DNA from: a virus
Lineage: Duplodnaviria > Heunggongvirae > Uroviricota > Caudoviricetes
Length of the DNA stretch: 43,121 bases
Direction: 5' to 3' (one strand)
IMG/VR virus record: IMGVR_UViG_2529292921_000020
Part shown: piece after piece, positions 11,162 through 20,192 of the stretch
How the letters are laid out: the number at the start of each line of letters is the position of its first letter
Position numbering within the stretch: the first letter of the stretch is position 1
The notes under the pieces: generated by a model
Databases searched by the model: none
What the model was told of the DNA's origin: nothing
Seen by the model: the letters and a program-made list of their open reading frames with translations, nothing else
Made by a program: the position numbers and the translations under genes

Positions 11162-11281
11162 AGGCTATAAACCGACTAACAACTAAATACTGAAGATTTA
11201 AATCAGAAACGATTTTTATTAAATCCTTAACCGGAGGGATTCCTGCACCCTCAAATCATCAGGAGGCCGCCCGAAAGGGCG

Positions 11282-11788
11282 GTGGAGATAATAATGGGAA
11301 TAACTAAAGAACGATTGTTGGAAATAGCAAACCTTAGTGATTGGGCATTAAGTGATGAGAGAATTGTTTCTCCTCATGCTTATGAGTCAGTTACAAGTAT
11401 AGAAATAACAACAATGGCTAGAATGCTGCTTGGTTATTTCAAAATAGAAAATAAAAAACAGATGGATAGTAATGTTGATATATGTGAGATTTTAGACGAT
11501 TGGGGGGCTTGGGTTGTGGCTGGTAATAGTTCTATTGATTGGCAGGAAATAGCTGATAAATATAAAAATGTTGTTCCTCATGGTAAAAAATCACGTCGTC
11601 AGTGCAGCAATGATGAAGGGCGAATTATTGACATTAGTATCCTTAGGTTAGAAAGATATAAGCAACAAGAATATGAGTTAATTGTTGCTCATTTCGTGAT
11701 TGGTTTATCTCTTCGTGCTATTGCAAAGCAACAAGGATGTTCAGATGGAACAATTCGTAAAAGATTGCAAAAAGCCTTAGGTTTTTGA
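11282..11788 (+). CDS. Q-like antitermination-family protein (QuuD-type), AT-rich
   Basis: 168-aa ORF; motifs WGAW, SRRQCSNDE and C-terminal HTH CSDGTIRKRLQKA resemble my recollection of DLP12 QuuD; real start may be internal. Confidence 0.45.
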   Translation: MEIIMGITKERLLEIANLSDWALSDERIVSPHAYESVTSIEITTMARMLLGYFKIENKKQMDSNVDICEILDDWGAWVVAGNSSIDWQEIADKYKNVVPHGKKSRRQCSNDEGRIIDISILRLERYKQQEYELIVAHFVIGLSLRAIAKQQGCSDGTIRKRLQKALGF

Positions 11789-11817
11789 CTGGATATATAG
11801 CAATTACCAGTTAAGAG

Positions 11818-12450
11818 TCAGCGGTTTTTACCAGTGTAATGGTATAAGGATACTCCCATGTGTCTTACATGATATGGAAGCGCTGTTGCTGGATGCTTTG
11901 TGATACTCTTAAAGCGGAGGGGAGAGCCTTCCGCTTCAATTTCTGCGTCCGAAACGGTCGTAGAGAAAAATTCTTTCCATTCATTGAATTTTACTGCTGA
12001 TTTGTCAGACTTTATATAAATTAGAATTCCTCCATGATCGTCACGTGACGTACCCGTGCCGTAACGTTCGGTTAGCTGAATCCAGCCATTATGAATAGAT
12101 TTGGGGCCTCTCCATAATTTTGCTTCACCGATCCATTCGAATTTTCCGAATTGATGTTTAACTAATAAATCAACGTGACCGCCATGTTGAGTATCATGTT
12201 CAACATCATAAAACCTACCTTTCAGGAAATTTTTGATCGACGCTGTTAGCTCGTCCTCTCCCCACTTAGCATCTTGATAGAAGTGTTTGTCATTTTCTAA
12301 ATTCTGAATAGCGTCGTCTAAATCTTCATAGAGTTGCTTTACAAAAATATTTTTGTCTGCAGCTAATTTTCTTTGAACCATTCCCCTAAATTCAGGATCC
12401 ATTCTAATTAATGATTGAAGGTCTGCAGTACAGATGTTTACATCACTCAT
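11818..12450 (-). CDS. PD-(D/E)xK-type nuclease-like protein, third gene of a three-gene operon
   Basis: About 210 aa from MSDVNICTADL; core motif GGHVDLLVKHQFGKFEWIGEAKLW (D...ExK); start ATG overlaps the upstream stop (ATGAGTGA). Confidence 0.55.
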   Translation of the reverse strand: MSDVNICTADLQSLIRMDPEFRGMVQRKLAADKNIFVKQLYEDLDDAIQNLENDKHFYQDAKWGEDELTASIKNFLKGRFYDVEHDTQHGGHVDLLVKHQFGKFEWIGEAKLWRGPKSIHNGWIQLTERYGTGTSRDDHGGILIYIKSDKSAVKFNEWKEFFSTTVSDAEIEAEGSPLRFKSITKHPATALPYHVRHMGVSLYHYTGKNR

Positions 12451-12871
12451 GCAGACTCTCCAAAAGACTCGAAGGAGTAAAGTATGGATAAAGATACTGG
12501 CTAAAATTATCAACCAATTCGCCAGTTTCTGGATGGTAAAAACTTCCTGTGTCTAAAGCATAGGAAATAAGATCATCTTCAACTGGTATTGGTTCTTCCG
12601 TTAAATTATCAATGTATTGAAAATGCATATCCAATAGATGTGCTTTATAGCTAGATAAATAATCAGTTGCTTTTATTAGCAGGATATAGTCATCTTTCGT
12701 ATCAGTTAGATAGGTTAAACCATTGATAAGGGTTTTGTATGTAAAGTGATTGATATTTTTAGCATCTTTACTAACCAGAAAAAGAAAAAGATCACGACAC
12801 ACACTGCGAACAGGATCATTAAAATCCTGCTCTATTTGCGTGATAATGTCGTGATATATACTCTTTTTCAT
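12443..12871 (-). CDS. Hypothetical protein, middle gene of the three-gene operon
   Basis: 142-aa ORF, AT-rich; start overlaps the stop of the upstream gene (ATGA) and its stop overlaps the start of the nuclease gene. Confidence 0.5.
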   Translation of the reverse strand: MKKSIYHDIITQIEQDFNDPVRSVCRDLFLFLVSKDAKNINHFTYKTLINGLTYLTDTKDDYILLIKATDYLSSYKAHLLDMHFQYIDNLTEEPIPVEDDLISYALDTGSFYHPETGELVDNFSQYLYPYFTPSSLLESLHE

Positions 12872-13964
12872 TTATGGCCTGATGATCTCGCTCTTCTTTT
12901 CTCTTCACAGGACTTAACAGAATCCAATATTTTTTCAACAATAAATATAATCGAATCAATGTTGTTACAGTTCTTCGCAATTGCTTCATGCAACCTAATT
13001 CTAGGATTATCAAGCATTGTCCTTTTTCCTGGTAATATTAACTCTACTGATAAAATATGTGAAGAACTTTGTGGTAAATCCCAAATTTTTCCCAACTTAA
13101 ACTTTGTCAATATTGGGCTTGCGGACTCTCCACTATGATGGTAAACATCTTGACGCAAACACTTTTGACTTGGTTTGAGTTTTAAAGAACTTGTATTGCC
13201 ATCTGAGGTGATAAAAGATACATGAGAAATTCTGCCATCTACTTTTTCGTAAAGATCTTGTATTGAACCAAATAATTCAAGAGGATTGTTTAAAATAACG
13301 CCAGCTTCTTTTTTATAAATTTAGCCACAAGGTATTGTTGAGGCTGTGATTCACTTCTTGGAAGGATAGATAAATCAATCGTAAGAATTAATATTTTTTC
13401 TGCAGGCATTAGCATGATGGTATTAAAGCATTGCGTGACTTGGCGTGTTTTGCATTTTATTTCTCCACCATTAGCACGTAATTCCATACCCGCATCGCTA
13501 AGATGTGTTGGGTCAAGCTCTATCACTTCAGTGTAATACGCTTTGGATAAAAAAACAGCAGTGTCAATTTGTTTATCACGAATGATATCTTGACGTAGTT
13601 CAGCAAAATGCAGCTCAGTATCAGCAACTAACAGCTCCTCTCTGGATAAAGGAATTGGGTATTTTTCTGAGAAGGGGCTATTGTCCTTTTTCTGATTTGT
13701 GAAAATTGTTTGTAATTTTGCTACGTCTTCATCGGTGATTCTATAAATAGAAAGTAATCGATTCCCGCTAAAAATTAAACCTTTCCAGAAATCGTCGATT
13801 CTGTCTTTTAGGTCGGGATTATGCTGAACTACACTATTTACACGTTCAATAAAAAGGGGTAATCCTTGGGCCGTTACACCCAGTGATGAACCAAGAAGCT
13901 TACGGGTGTTGCGCCAGCCAAAGCGTGAATTGATGTTTTTTACTGTTTGCTCAAGCATTAACAC
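12868..13964 (-). pseudogene. First gene of the three-gene operon, split into two frames (13290-13964 and 12868-13320); about 360 aa if fused
   Basis: 224-aa ORF ends at a TAA at 13290-13292 while the downstream frame is open from 13320 to 12868 without a start codon; the frames overlap around a T6 run at 13309-13314. Confidence 0.45.
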
Positions 13965-14304
13965 TTCCTTAATTTTCCCTTAACAATTTAGGGTGCTAAA
14001 CTTTTTTGCGCAGTTTACATAAAAAAATAGTGCGTACGCAAAAACTATCTAACATGATGAGCTTTAACCGGGAAATTTGTATATGTTGTGAGCATAAAGT
14101 TGGCTGAGAAATCTAAAACGGGTAGAATGACTGCGGGTGCTTGAGGCTATCTGTCTCAGGCATGAACACCAAAAGGCAGATAGAGAAAAGCCCCAGTTAA
14201 CATTACGCGTCCGGCAAGACGCTTAACATTAATCTGAGGCCATATCTATGCTCTACACACGTAGGTTAGCCTCTTACGTGCCGAAAGGCAAGGAGAAGCA
14301 GGCT

Positions 14305-14460
14305 ATGAAGCAGCAAAAGGCGATGTTAATCGCCCTGATCGTCATCTGTTTAACCGTCATAATGACGGCACTGGTAACGAGGAAAGACCTCTGCGAGGTA
14401 CGAATCCGAACCGGCCAGACGGAGGTCGCTGTCTTCACAGCTTACGAACCTGAGGAGTAA
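14305..14460 (+). CDS. hokD: Hok/Gef-family type I toxin (HokD/RelF-like), with overlapping upstream mok-like frame from 14248
   Basis: MKQQKAMLIALIVICLTVIMTALVTRKDLCEVRIRTGQTEVAVFTAYEPEE, near-identical to my recollection of E. coli HokD; upstream leader has inverted repeats (CTATCTG / CAGATAG). Confidence 0.8.
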   Translation: MKQQKAMLIALIVICLTVIMTALVTRKDLCEVRIRTGQTEVAVFTAYEPEE

Positions 14461-14526
14461 GAGACCAGGCGGGGGAGAATCCCTCGCCACCTCTGATGTG
14501 TCAGGCATCCTCAACGCACCCGCACT

Positions 14527-14553
14527 TAACCCGCTTCGGCGGGTTTTGTTTTT
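14527..14553 (+). terminator. Rho-independent terminator downstream of hok
   Basis: CCCGC-TTCG-GCGGG stem-loop followed by TTTTGTTTTT. Confidence 0.6.
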
Positions 14554-14625
14554 CCTGGCATTCTGGTTTACAATTCGCACGCCAGCCTGAACAACTGGCA
14601 CCTGCTGCGCCAGCAGAGACAACCG

Positions 14626-14904
14626 ATGGCGCACGATACCAAATTACACAATTCTGATGATTCTGCCGTCTTTGCCAGCAGGCACGGGCGGCGTTCCCGC
14701 ACTTTCAAATCTGACTGGTTCCAGCATCCCCCATGCACTGAAGAACAGGCCGAGTGGCTAATTCAGTGCTACCGCAGACACGGATACGAGATTAAGAAAG
14801 CCCTCAGCCTCGATTATCGTCACTGGATAATCTCCGTCAGGCTTCCTTACTCCGAACGACCACCGCGTCCGTCCCGCACATTCCAGCAACGCATCTGGAG
14901 GTAA
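14626..14904 (+). CDS. Hypothetical small phage protein (rem position of Qin)
   Basis: 92-aa ORF immediately upstream of the DUF968 gene. Confidence 0.4.
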   Translation: MAHDTKLHNSDDSAVFASRHGRRSRTFKSDWFQHPPCTEEQAEWLIQCYRRHGYEIKKALSLDYRHWIISVRLPYSERPPRPSRTFQQRIWR

Positions 14905-14905
14905 C

Positions 14906-15955
14906 GTGCGGGTATTACTTCGACCTGTTCTGGTACCGGAACTCGGGCTGGTGATCGTTAAGCCGGGCCGTGAATCCATGCCGGTATTCCACAATACCCG
15001 GGTACTGGTGGAGCCGGAACCGAAAAGCATGCGTAATCTGCCGTCCGGGGTCGTTCCTGCCGTTCGCCAGCCGCTGGCGGAGGATAAATCATTACTGCCA
15101 TTTTTCAGCGACGAACGAGTGATTCGTGCTGCTGGTGGCGCTGGCGCATTGTCTGACTGGTTACTGCGCCATGTTAAATCCTGCCAGTGGCCACACGGTG
15201 ATTATCACCACAGTGAAACCGTCATTCACCGTTATGGTACCGGCGCAATGGTGTTGTGCTGGCACTGCGACAACCAGCTGCGCGACCAGACCTCCGAATC
15301 ACTCGGGCAACTTGCTCACCAAAACCTGTCAGCATGGATGATTGACGTCATACGCCATGCAATGAATGGCTCGCAGGAACGGGAATTATCGCTGGCTGAA
15401 TTATCCTGGTGGGCGGTCCGCAATCAGGTGGCGGACGCGCTACCGGAAGCGGTATTACGTCGTTCGCTGGGGTTGCGTGCGGAAAAAATCCGCTCAATGT
15501 ACCGTGAAAGCGACATCGTACCGGGAGAGCAGACCGCCACCAGCATACTGAAACAGCGCACAAAAAATCTTGCGCCGCTGCCTCACGCCCACCAGCAACA
15601 GAACCCACCACAGGAAAAGACGGTGGTCAGCATTGCCGTTGATCCTGAGTCTCCGGAATCTTTCATGAAACGACCTAAACGTCGCCGCTGGGTTAACGAG
15701 AAATACACACGCTGGGTGAAGACACAGCCGTGTGCGTGTTGTGGTAAGCCAGCCGACGATCCCCATCACCTGATTGGTCATGGTCAGGGCGGAATGGGGA
15801 CAAAATCTCACGATATTTTCACGCTACCGCTGTGTCGGGAGCATCACAACGAGCTTCATGCGGATCCGCTGACGTTCGAAGAAAAGCATGGTTCTCAGGT
15901 TGATTTAATTTTTCGTTTTCTTGATCACGCCTTTGCAACTGGCGTGCTTGGGTAA
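14906..15955 (+). CDS. DUF968-family phage protein (YdfU-like)
   Basis: 349-aa ORF; C-terminal Cys/His-rich motif CACCGKPADDPHHLIGHGQGG...CREHHNELH; position upstream of rusA and Q. Confidence 0.65.
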   Translation: MRVLLRPVLVPELGLVIVKPGRESMPVFHNTRVLVEPEPKSMRNLPSGVVPAVRQPLAEDKSLLPFFSDERVIRAAGGAGALSDWLLRHVKSCQWPHGDYHHSETVIHRYGTGAMVLCWHCDNQLRDQTSESLGQLAHQNLSAWMIDVIRHAMNGSQERELSLAELSWWAVRNQVADALPEAVLRRSLGLRAEKIRSMYRESDIVPGEQTATSILKQRTKNLAPLPHAHQQQNPPQEKTVVSIAVDPESPESFMKRPKRRRWVNEKYTRWVKTQPCACCGKPADDPHHLIGHGQGGMGTKSHDIFTLPLCREHHNELHADPLTFEEKHGSQVDLIFRFLDHAFATGVLG

Positions 15956-15967
15956 AAGAGGTGACTG

Positions 15968-16327
15968 ATGCTCATAGATTTGGTTTTACCTTACCCGCCG
16001 ACGGTGAACACTTACTGGCGACGCCGTGGCAGCACATATTTTGTATCAAAAGTCGGTGAGCGTTATCGCCGTGATGTGGCGCTTATTGTTCGCCAGCAGC
16101 AACTGAAATTAAACCTGTCCGGAAGGCCGGCAATAGAAATTATTGCAGAGCCACCGGATAAGCGCCGTCGTGACCTGGACAATATCCTGAAGGCACCACT
16201 GGATGTACTGACGCATGCGGGGCTGCTCATAGACGACGAGCAGTTTGATGAAATTAATATTGTGCGCGGTCAGCTTGTTCCTGGTGGGCGGTTGGGGATA
16301 AAAATCACAGAACTGGAGTATGCATGA
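15968..16327 (+). CDS. rusA: Holliday junction resolvase RusA
   Basis: 119-aa ORF; conserved RusA motifs (RRRDLDNILKA, LIDDEQ, GGRLGIKITE). Confidence 0.85.
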   Translation: MLIDLVLPYPPTVNTYWRRRGSTYFVSKVGERYRRDVALIVRQQQLKLNLSGRPAIEIIAEPPDKRRRDLDNILKAPLDVLTHAGLLIDDEQFDEINIVRGQLVPGGRLGIKITELEYA

Positions 16328-17013
16328 ATAACCAGTATTTACAGTTTGTTCGTGAGCAACTCATGATTGCCACCGCCGATTTGAGTGGATCAACAAAAGG
16401 GCAGCTTGAGGCCTGGCAGGAGAATGCCATGTTTGATACAGGGCGTTACAGGCGTAAAAAAATCCGGTACCGCGATGAAGTGACTGGAAAAATGATAACG
16501 CGGGATAATCCACCAATCCCGGGAAAGCAATCGCTGGCGAAGGGGGCGTCAATTCCTCTCGTCAGTCCGGTTGAGTTTTTGACATCATCGTGGCGGCGGG
16601 CTGTTCTGTCTCTTGAAGAACATCATAAAGCCTGGTTGTTGTGGTGTTACAGCGGGAGTATTTGTTGGGAATATCAGATCGCGATAACACAGTGGGCGTG
16701 GAATGAATTTAATACTCAATCCGGTACCAGAAAAATTGCTGGGAAAACGCAGGAACGCCTGAAAAAATTAATCTGGCTGGCGGCGCAGGCAGTAAAAGCA
16801 GAACTTTTTGGTGGGGAAGGTTATGAATATCAGGAGCTGGCATTACTGGCGGGAGTGACAACTAAAAACTGGTCCAAAACATTTACTCGTCACTGGGTTG
16901 CAATGAAACACATTTTTCACCGACTGGATAGTGAGGCTTTATTATTTGTAATGAGAACACGTTCAAAACAAAAGGCGGCATTTTCAAAGCAAAGTGTTGC
17001 AAAAGTAGATTGA
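16324..17013 (+). CDS. Late-gene antitermination protein Q-like
   Basis: 229-aa ORF directly after rusA and before the promoter, terminator and tRNA-lysis region, the canonical Q position; family assigned by synteny. Confidence 0.6.
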   Translation: MNNQYLQFVREQLMIATADLSGSTKGQLEAWQENAMFDTGRYRRKKIRYRDEVTGKMITRDNPPIPGKQSLAKGASIPLVSPVEFLTSSWRRAVLSLEEHHKAWLLWCYSGSICWEYQIAITQWAWNEFNTQSGTRKIAGKTQERLKKLIWLAAQAVKAELFGGEGYEYQELALLAGVTTKNWSKTFTRHWVAMKHIFHRLDSEALLFVMRTRSKQKAAFSKQSVAKVD

Positions 17014-17077
17014 AAGGCATATATTTCATGCAAATCTGATATTTTGCCGATTTTGTACGTGATGGCAAAATCAAACA

Positions 17078-17104
17078 AAACCCGCCCACAAGCGGGTTTT
17101 TTTG
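17078..17104 (+). terminator. Rho-independent terminator downstream of Q (tR'-like)
   Basis: AAAACCCGCCCACAAGCGGGTTTTTTTG: GC stem plus T7 run. Confidence 0.65.
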
Positions 17105-17170
17105 TGCCACTTATCTCGGATAGACATGGTGAATGCGCTGGTGGAGGAGATAAGGGTGATTTTTGTATGC

Positions 17171-17199
17171 TTGCAACATTGATTTCGTAACGTTATTAT
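17171..17199 (+). promoter_or_regulatory. Sigma-70-like promoter upstream of the tRNA cluster
   Basis: -35 TTGCAA (17171-17176), 17-bp spacer, -10 TATTAT (17194-17199), about 10 bp before tRNA 1. Confidence 0.55.
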
Positions 17200-17208
17200 C
17201 CTGCGCCC

Positions 17209-17284
17209 GGCCCTTTAGCTCAGTGGTGAGAGCGAGCGACTCATAATCGCCAGGTCGCTGGTTCAAATCCAGCAAGGGCCACCA
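17209..17284 (+). tRNA. tRNA with CAT anticodon (Met or lysidine-modified Ile2; ileZ-like position), CCA encoded
   Basis: Hand-folded cloverleaf: acceptor GGCCCTT / AAGGGCC, anticodon loop CTCATAA, T-loop TTCAAAT, 3' ACCA. Confidence 0.8.
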
Positions 17285-17285
17285 A

Positions 17286-17361
17286 CCGCCACTAGCCATC
17301 AGGAAAGAGCGTCAACCCTTTAAGTTGAGTGTGCGAGGTTCGAGTCCCCGGTGGTGGTCCA
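17286..17361 (+). tRNA. tRNA-like gene with atypical D-arm and anticodon loop (argN-like position); anticodon uncertain
   Basis: Acceptor CCGCCAC / GTGGTGG (one G-U), T-arm CGAGG-TTCGAGT-CCCCG, 3' TCCA; anticodon loop reads CCTTTAA with C at position 33. Confidence 0.5.
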
Positions 17362-17374
17362 TTATCGGTATTCT

Positions 17375-17448
17375 GCGTTGTTAGCTCAGCAGGACAGAGC
17401 AATTGCCTTCTAAGCAATCGGTCACTGGTTCGACTCCAGTACAACGCG
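17375..17448 (+). tRNA. tRNA-Arg (anticodon TCT, reads AGA); CCA not encoded
   Basis: Acceptor GCGTTGT / ACAACGC, D-arm AGCTCAGCAGGACAGAGC, anticodon loop CTTCTAA, T-loop TTCGACT. Confidence 0.8.
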
Positions 17449-17576
17449 CTACACTTATTTTCCCGGCTCGCTTTTGCGGGCCTTTTTTTTAAATGTCTCA
17501 CAATTCAGACGGTTGACAGTTGTCTGTTTTGCGGGGAGTTTGTTAAGTAAGCGACTCGTCAGAACCGTATTGATAT

Positions 17577-19148
17577 TTACTGAGAGCTCAGATCAACTTT
17601 CCAGGGCAACAGATCGCGTACCCGGTTTGCCGGCCAGTCCTGGATATGTTCAATGACGTAACGCAGCCACTTTTCTGGCTCCACATTGTTCAGACGGCAT
17701 GTGCCGATCAGCGAGTACAACACCGCCGCATGTTCACCACCGCTGTCGGAACCCGCGAACATCCAGTTTTTCCGGCCTACGGCCACTCCCCGTAAGGCGT
17801 TCTCTGCGATGTTGTTGTCGATTTCCACCCAGCCATTACTGCAGTACACGTTCAGTGCATCCCACTGTTTCAGCAGGTATGCGAACGCTTTTGCCGTATC
17901 TGAGTGACGCGACAGTGTTTTCATCTGTTGCTGTATCCAGTCATACAGTGACTGCATCAGTGGCGCGGCTCTGGCTTTTCTTGCCGCCAGACGCTGTTCT
18001 GCTGAACAGCACCGGACCTCTGCCTCGATGGCATACAGTTCACCGATACGCTGCAGGGCTTCCGTGGTGATGTAGGTGGGCGCTCTTGCATGCACATCGT
18101 GGATTTTTCTCCGGGCATGAGCCATACACGCGGCTTCCGTTATTCTGCCGGATTCGTATAACGCCCGGTAACCACCGTAAGCATCGGCCTGAAGCACACC
18201 GCTGTAACCGGCCAGGTGATTTTGTGGATGGATACCTTTCCGGTCCGGACTGTACGCGAACCAGACCGCCGGGGGCATCTGTGAACCGGCGTTACGGTCA
18301 TCACGGACGTAGACCCACAGCCGGGCTGTCCGGGTTTTACCGCTGCCCGGCTCCTGGACCGGGACGGGGATATCATCAGCATGGACTTTACCGGGCATCA
18401 GCACATACTGGCGCAGGACGTCATACAGCGGCTCCAGCAGTTCAGCAACAGCACCTGTCCAGCGCCCCAGTGTGGCACGGCTCAGCTCCACGCCCTGACG
18501 ACGGTATATTTCTGACTGGCGGTATAACGGCAGATGGTCTGCATATTTCCCGGTGACAACATGGGCCAGAAGCCCCGCTCCGGCATAACTGCGTGCAATG
18601 GGTTTTGAAGGTACTGGTGCCTGCACGATATGGTCGCACCGGCAACAGGCCTGTTTCGGACGTTGTGTTTCGATAACCTTAAAGGCGCTGCTGATAAGCT
18701 CCAGTTGCTCTGACACATCACATCCCAGAGAACTGAGTTCACCACCACAGGCAGGACAGCATTCCTCTTCCGGCCGGATAACCCGGGTTTCACGGGGAAG
18801 TGAGGCCGGTAACGGTTTACGGGCTGAAGACTGGCGCAGGGCGGATGGCAGTACCGGGTCATATTGCTCACCCAGCGTTTCCGCCATTTCTTCCTGAAGT
18901 GCGCTGATTCGCTCCTGTGCTTCCTGTATCTGCCGTTCGGTTTTTGCACGAAGTTTTTCTGAGCTTTTACCGAACTGCATACGTTGCAGTTTCGCAACCA
19001 GCGCCTTCAGCCGGTTGATTTCGGAAGCATAAGCCGCCACCCGCTGTGAGAGCAGGCGGTTGTATTCAGCCATCTGGCGGATGGTGTCCTGTTGCGTCTG
19101 CAACAGTGCCCGCAGGCGGGCGTTCTCATGAGCAAGTGAGGTGTCCAT
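17577..19148 (-). CDS. IS66-family transposase (TnpC)
   Basis: 523-aa ORF with N-terminal coiled coil, Cys-rich zinc-binding region and DDE core typical of IS66 transposases. Confidence 0.85.
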   Translation of the reverse strand: MDTSLAHENARLRALLQTQQDTIRQMAEYNRLLSQRVAAYASEINRLKALVAKLQRMQFGKSSEKLRAKTERQIQEAQERISALQEEMAETLGEQYDPVLPSALRQSSARKPLPASLPRETRVIRPEEECCPACGGELSSLGCDVSEQLELISSAFKVIETQRPKQACCRCDHIVQAPVPSKPIARSYAGAGLLAHVVTGKYADHLPLYRQSEIYRRQGVELSRATLGRWTGAVAELLEPLYDVLRQYVLMPGKVHADDIPVPVQEPGSGKTRTARLWVYVRDDRNAGSQMPPAVWFAYSPDRKGIHPQNHLAGYSGVLQADAYGGYRALYESGRITEAACMAHARRKIHDVHARAPTYITTEALQRIGELYAIEAEVRCCSAEQRLAARKARAAPLMQSLYDWIQQQMKTLSRHSDTAKAFAYLLKQWDALNVYCSNGWVEIDNNIAENALRGVAVGRKNWMFAGSDSGGEHAAVLYSLIGTCRLNNVEPEKWLRYVIEHIQDWPANRVRDLLPWKVDLSSQ

Positions 19149-19167
19149 ATCCTCACTTTACAACGGG

Positions 19168-19515
19168 TTATATGCGGATTCCAGCGCGTTCCGTTCGTTT
19201 CGGGTGCTTCCAGTTGATACCTTCAAGAAGCATGGATAACTGAGCCGGAGTAAGGTGCACCTTGCCGTCACGGGTGACTGGCCAGACGAAGCGGCCCCGC
19301 TCCAGGCGTTTGGTGAAGAGGCACAGTCCGTCACTGTCAGCCCACAACACTTTTATCTGGTCACCCCGGCGTCCGCGGAAGATGAACAGGTGTCCGGAGA
19401 ACGGGTCATCCTTCAGGACGTTCTGAACTTTTGATGCCAGGCCGTTAAAGCCATTTCGCATATCGGTGATACCTGCAACCAGCCAGATACGCGAACCTGC
19501 AGGGAGAGATATCAT
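19168..19515 (-). CDS. IS66 accessory protein TnpB (Orf2)
   Basis: 115-aa ORF MISLPAGSRIWLVAGITDMRNGFNGL..., characteristic IS66 Orf2. Confidence 0.8.
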   Translation of the reverse strand: MISLPAGSRIWLVAGITDMRNGFNGLASKVQNVLKDDPFSGHLFIFRGRRGDQIKVLWADSDGLCLFTKRLERGRFVWPVTRDGKVHLTPAQLSMLLEGINWKHPKRTERAGIRI

Positions 19516-20192
19516 CAGTGGCTGCTCCCTTTTATTTCGCGGATAAGTGTCTGTAATAACGCCGGCGTCAGTTTACCTTTAAGCCTGAGAGTTCCGGCCG
19601 GCAGAACCAGCTCACAACACAGACTGTCGGACGGTGTATTTATCTGCTCTGGTTCCTGTGCGGGGGCCGGGATTTTATTATCCGGCTCCGGCGTTAACGT
19701 CACGGGAAGCAGTGCCGGCATATTTTTTCCGGAAGGCAGCAGGCCACCTTTCCGGTATTGATGGCGCCAGTTGAAGAGCAGGTTATCGTTGATTCCGTTT
19801 TCCCGGGCGATCTGCGCCACACAGGCTCCGGGCTGCAGTGACTGCTCCACTAAGGCGATTTTAAACTCATAAGGGAAGTTGGGCCGCCGGGGACGTTTTT
19901 TTACCACGGGGGCTTCGGATATAACGGTGCTTTCAGGACGTACGACTGGTACCGTGGAAAATTGTCCGTAAAGGCAGGCATCAAGTTCCTGCTCCGACAT
20001 GCCTGCGGGCAAAGGCCACGAAAGGCCAGCTCTCCGAAAGCGCACGAACATACTACAAACTGTTGATTTTGGTACACCCAGGCGACGCCCGGCCACAACC
20101 CGGGGTAAATGTTCTTCAAAGTGAAGACGTAAAGCTTCAGTGATCCAGGTCCGGTGTTTCATACGATAGTGTCCATTAAAAATGATGGACAT
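19515..20192 (-). CDS. IS66 accessory protein TnpA (Orf1)
   Basis: 225-aa ORF with N-terminal HTH, first gene of the IS66 operon, coupled to TnpB. Confidence 0.7.
   Translation of the reverse strand: MSIIFNGHYRMKHRTWITEALRLHFEEHLPRVVAGRRLGVPKSTVCSMFVRFRRAGLSWPLPAGMSEQELDACLYGQFSTVPVVRPESTVISEAPVVKKRPRRPNFPYEFKIALVEQSLQPGACVAQIARENGINDNLLFNWRHQYRKGGLLPSGKNMPALLPVTLTPEPDNKIPAPAQEPEQINTPSDSLCCELVLPAGTLRLKGKLTPALLQTLIREIKGSSH

Noticed and set aside
12868-13158. 96-aa ORF treated as an independent gene
   Set aside because: Its frame is open for another ~160 bp upstream without a start codon and abuts the stop of the 224-aa ORF; interpreted as the C-terminal part of one frameshifted gene.
13965-14304. 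relBE toxin-antitoxin genes expected upstream of hokD by analogy with Qin
   Set aside because: No ORFs resembling RelB or RelE are present; the interval is non-coding leader and promoter sequence, and the neighbouring slot holds the three-gene operon.
17686-18897. Plus-strand ORFs (73-156 aa) inside the IS66 transposase gene
   Set aside because: They are antisense to a well-supported transposase ORF, have Pro/Arg/Ser-rich low-complexity translations and no independent support; shadow ORFs of GC-rich coding sequence.
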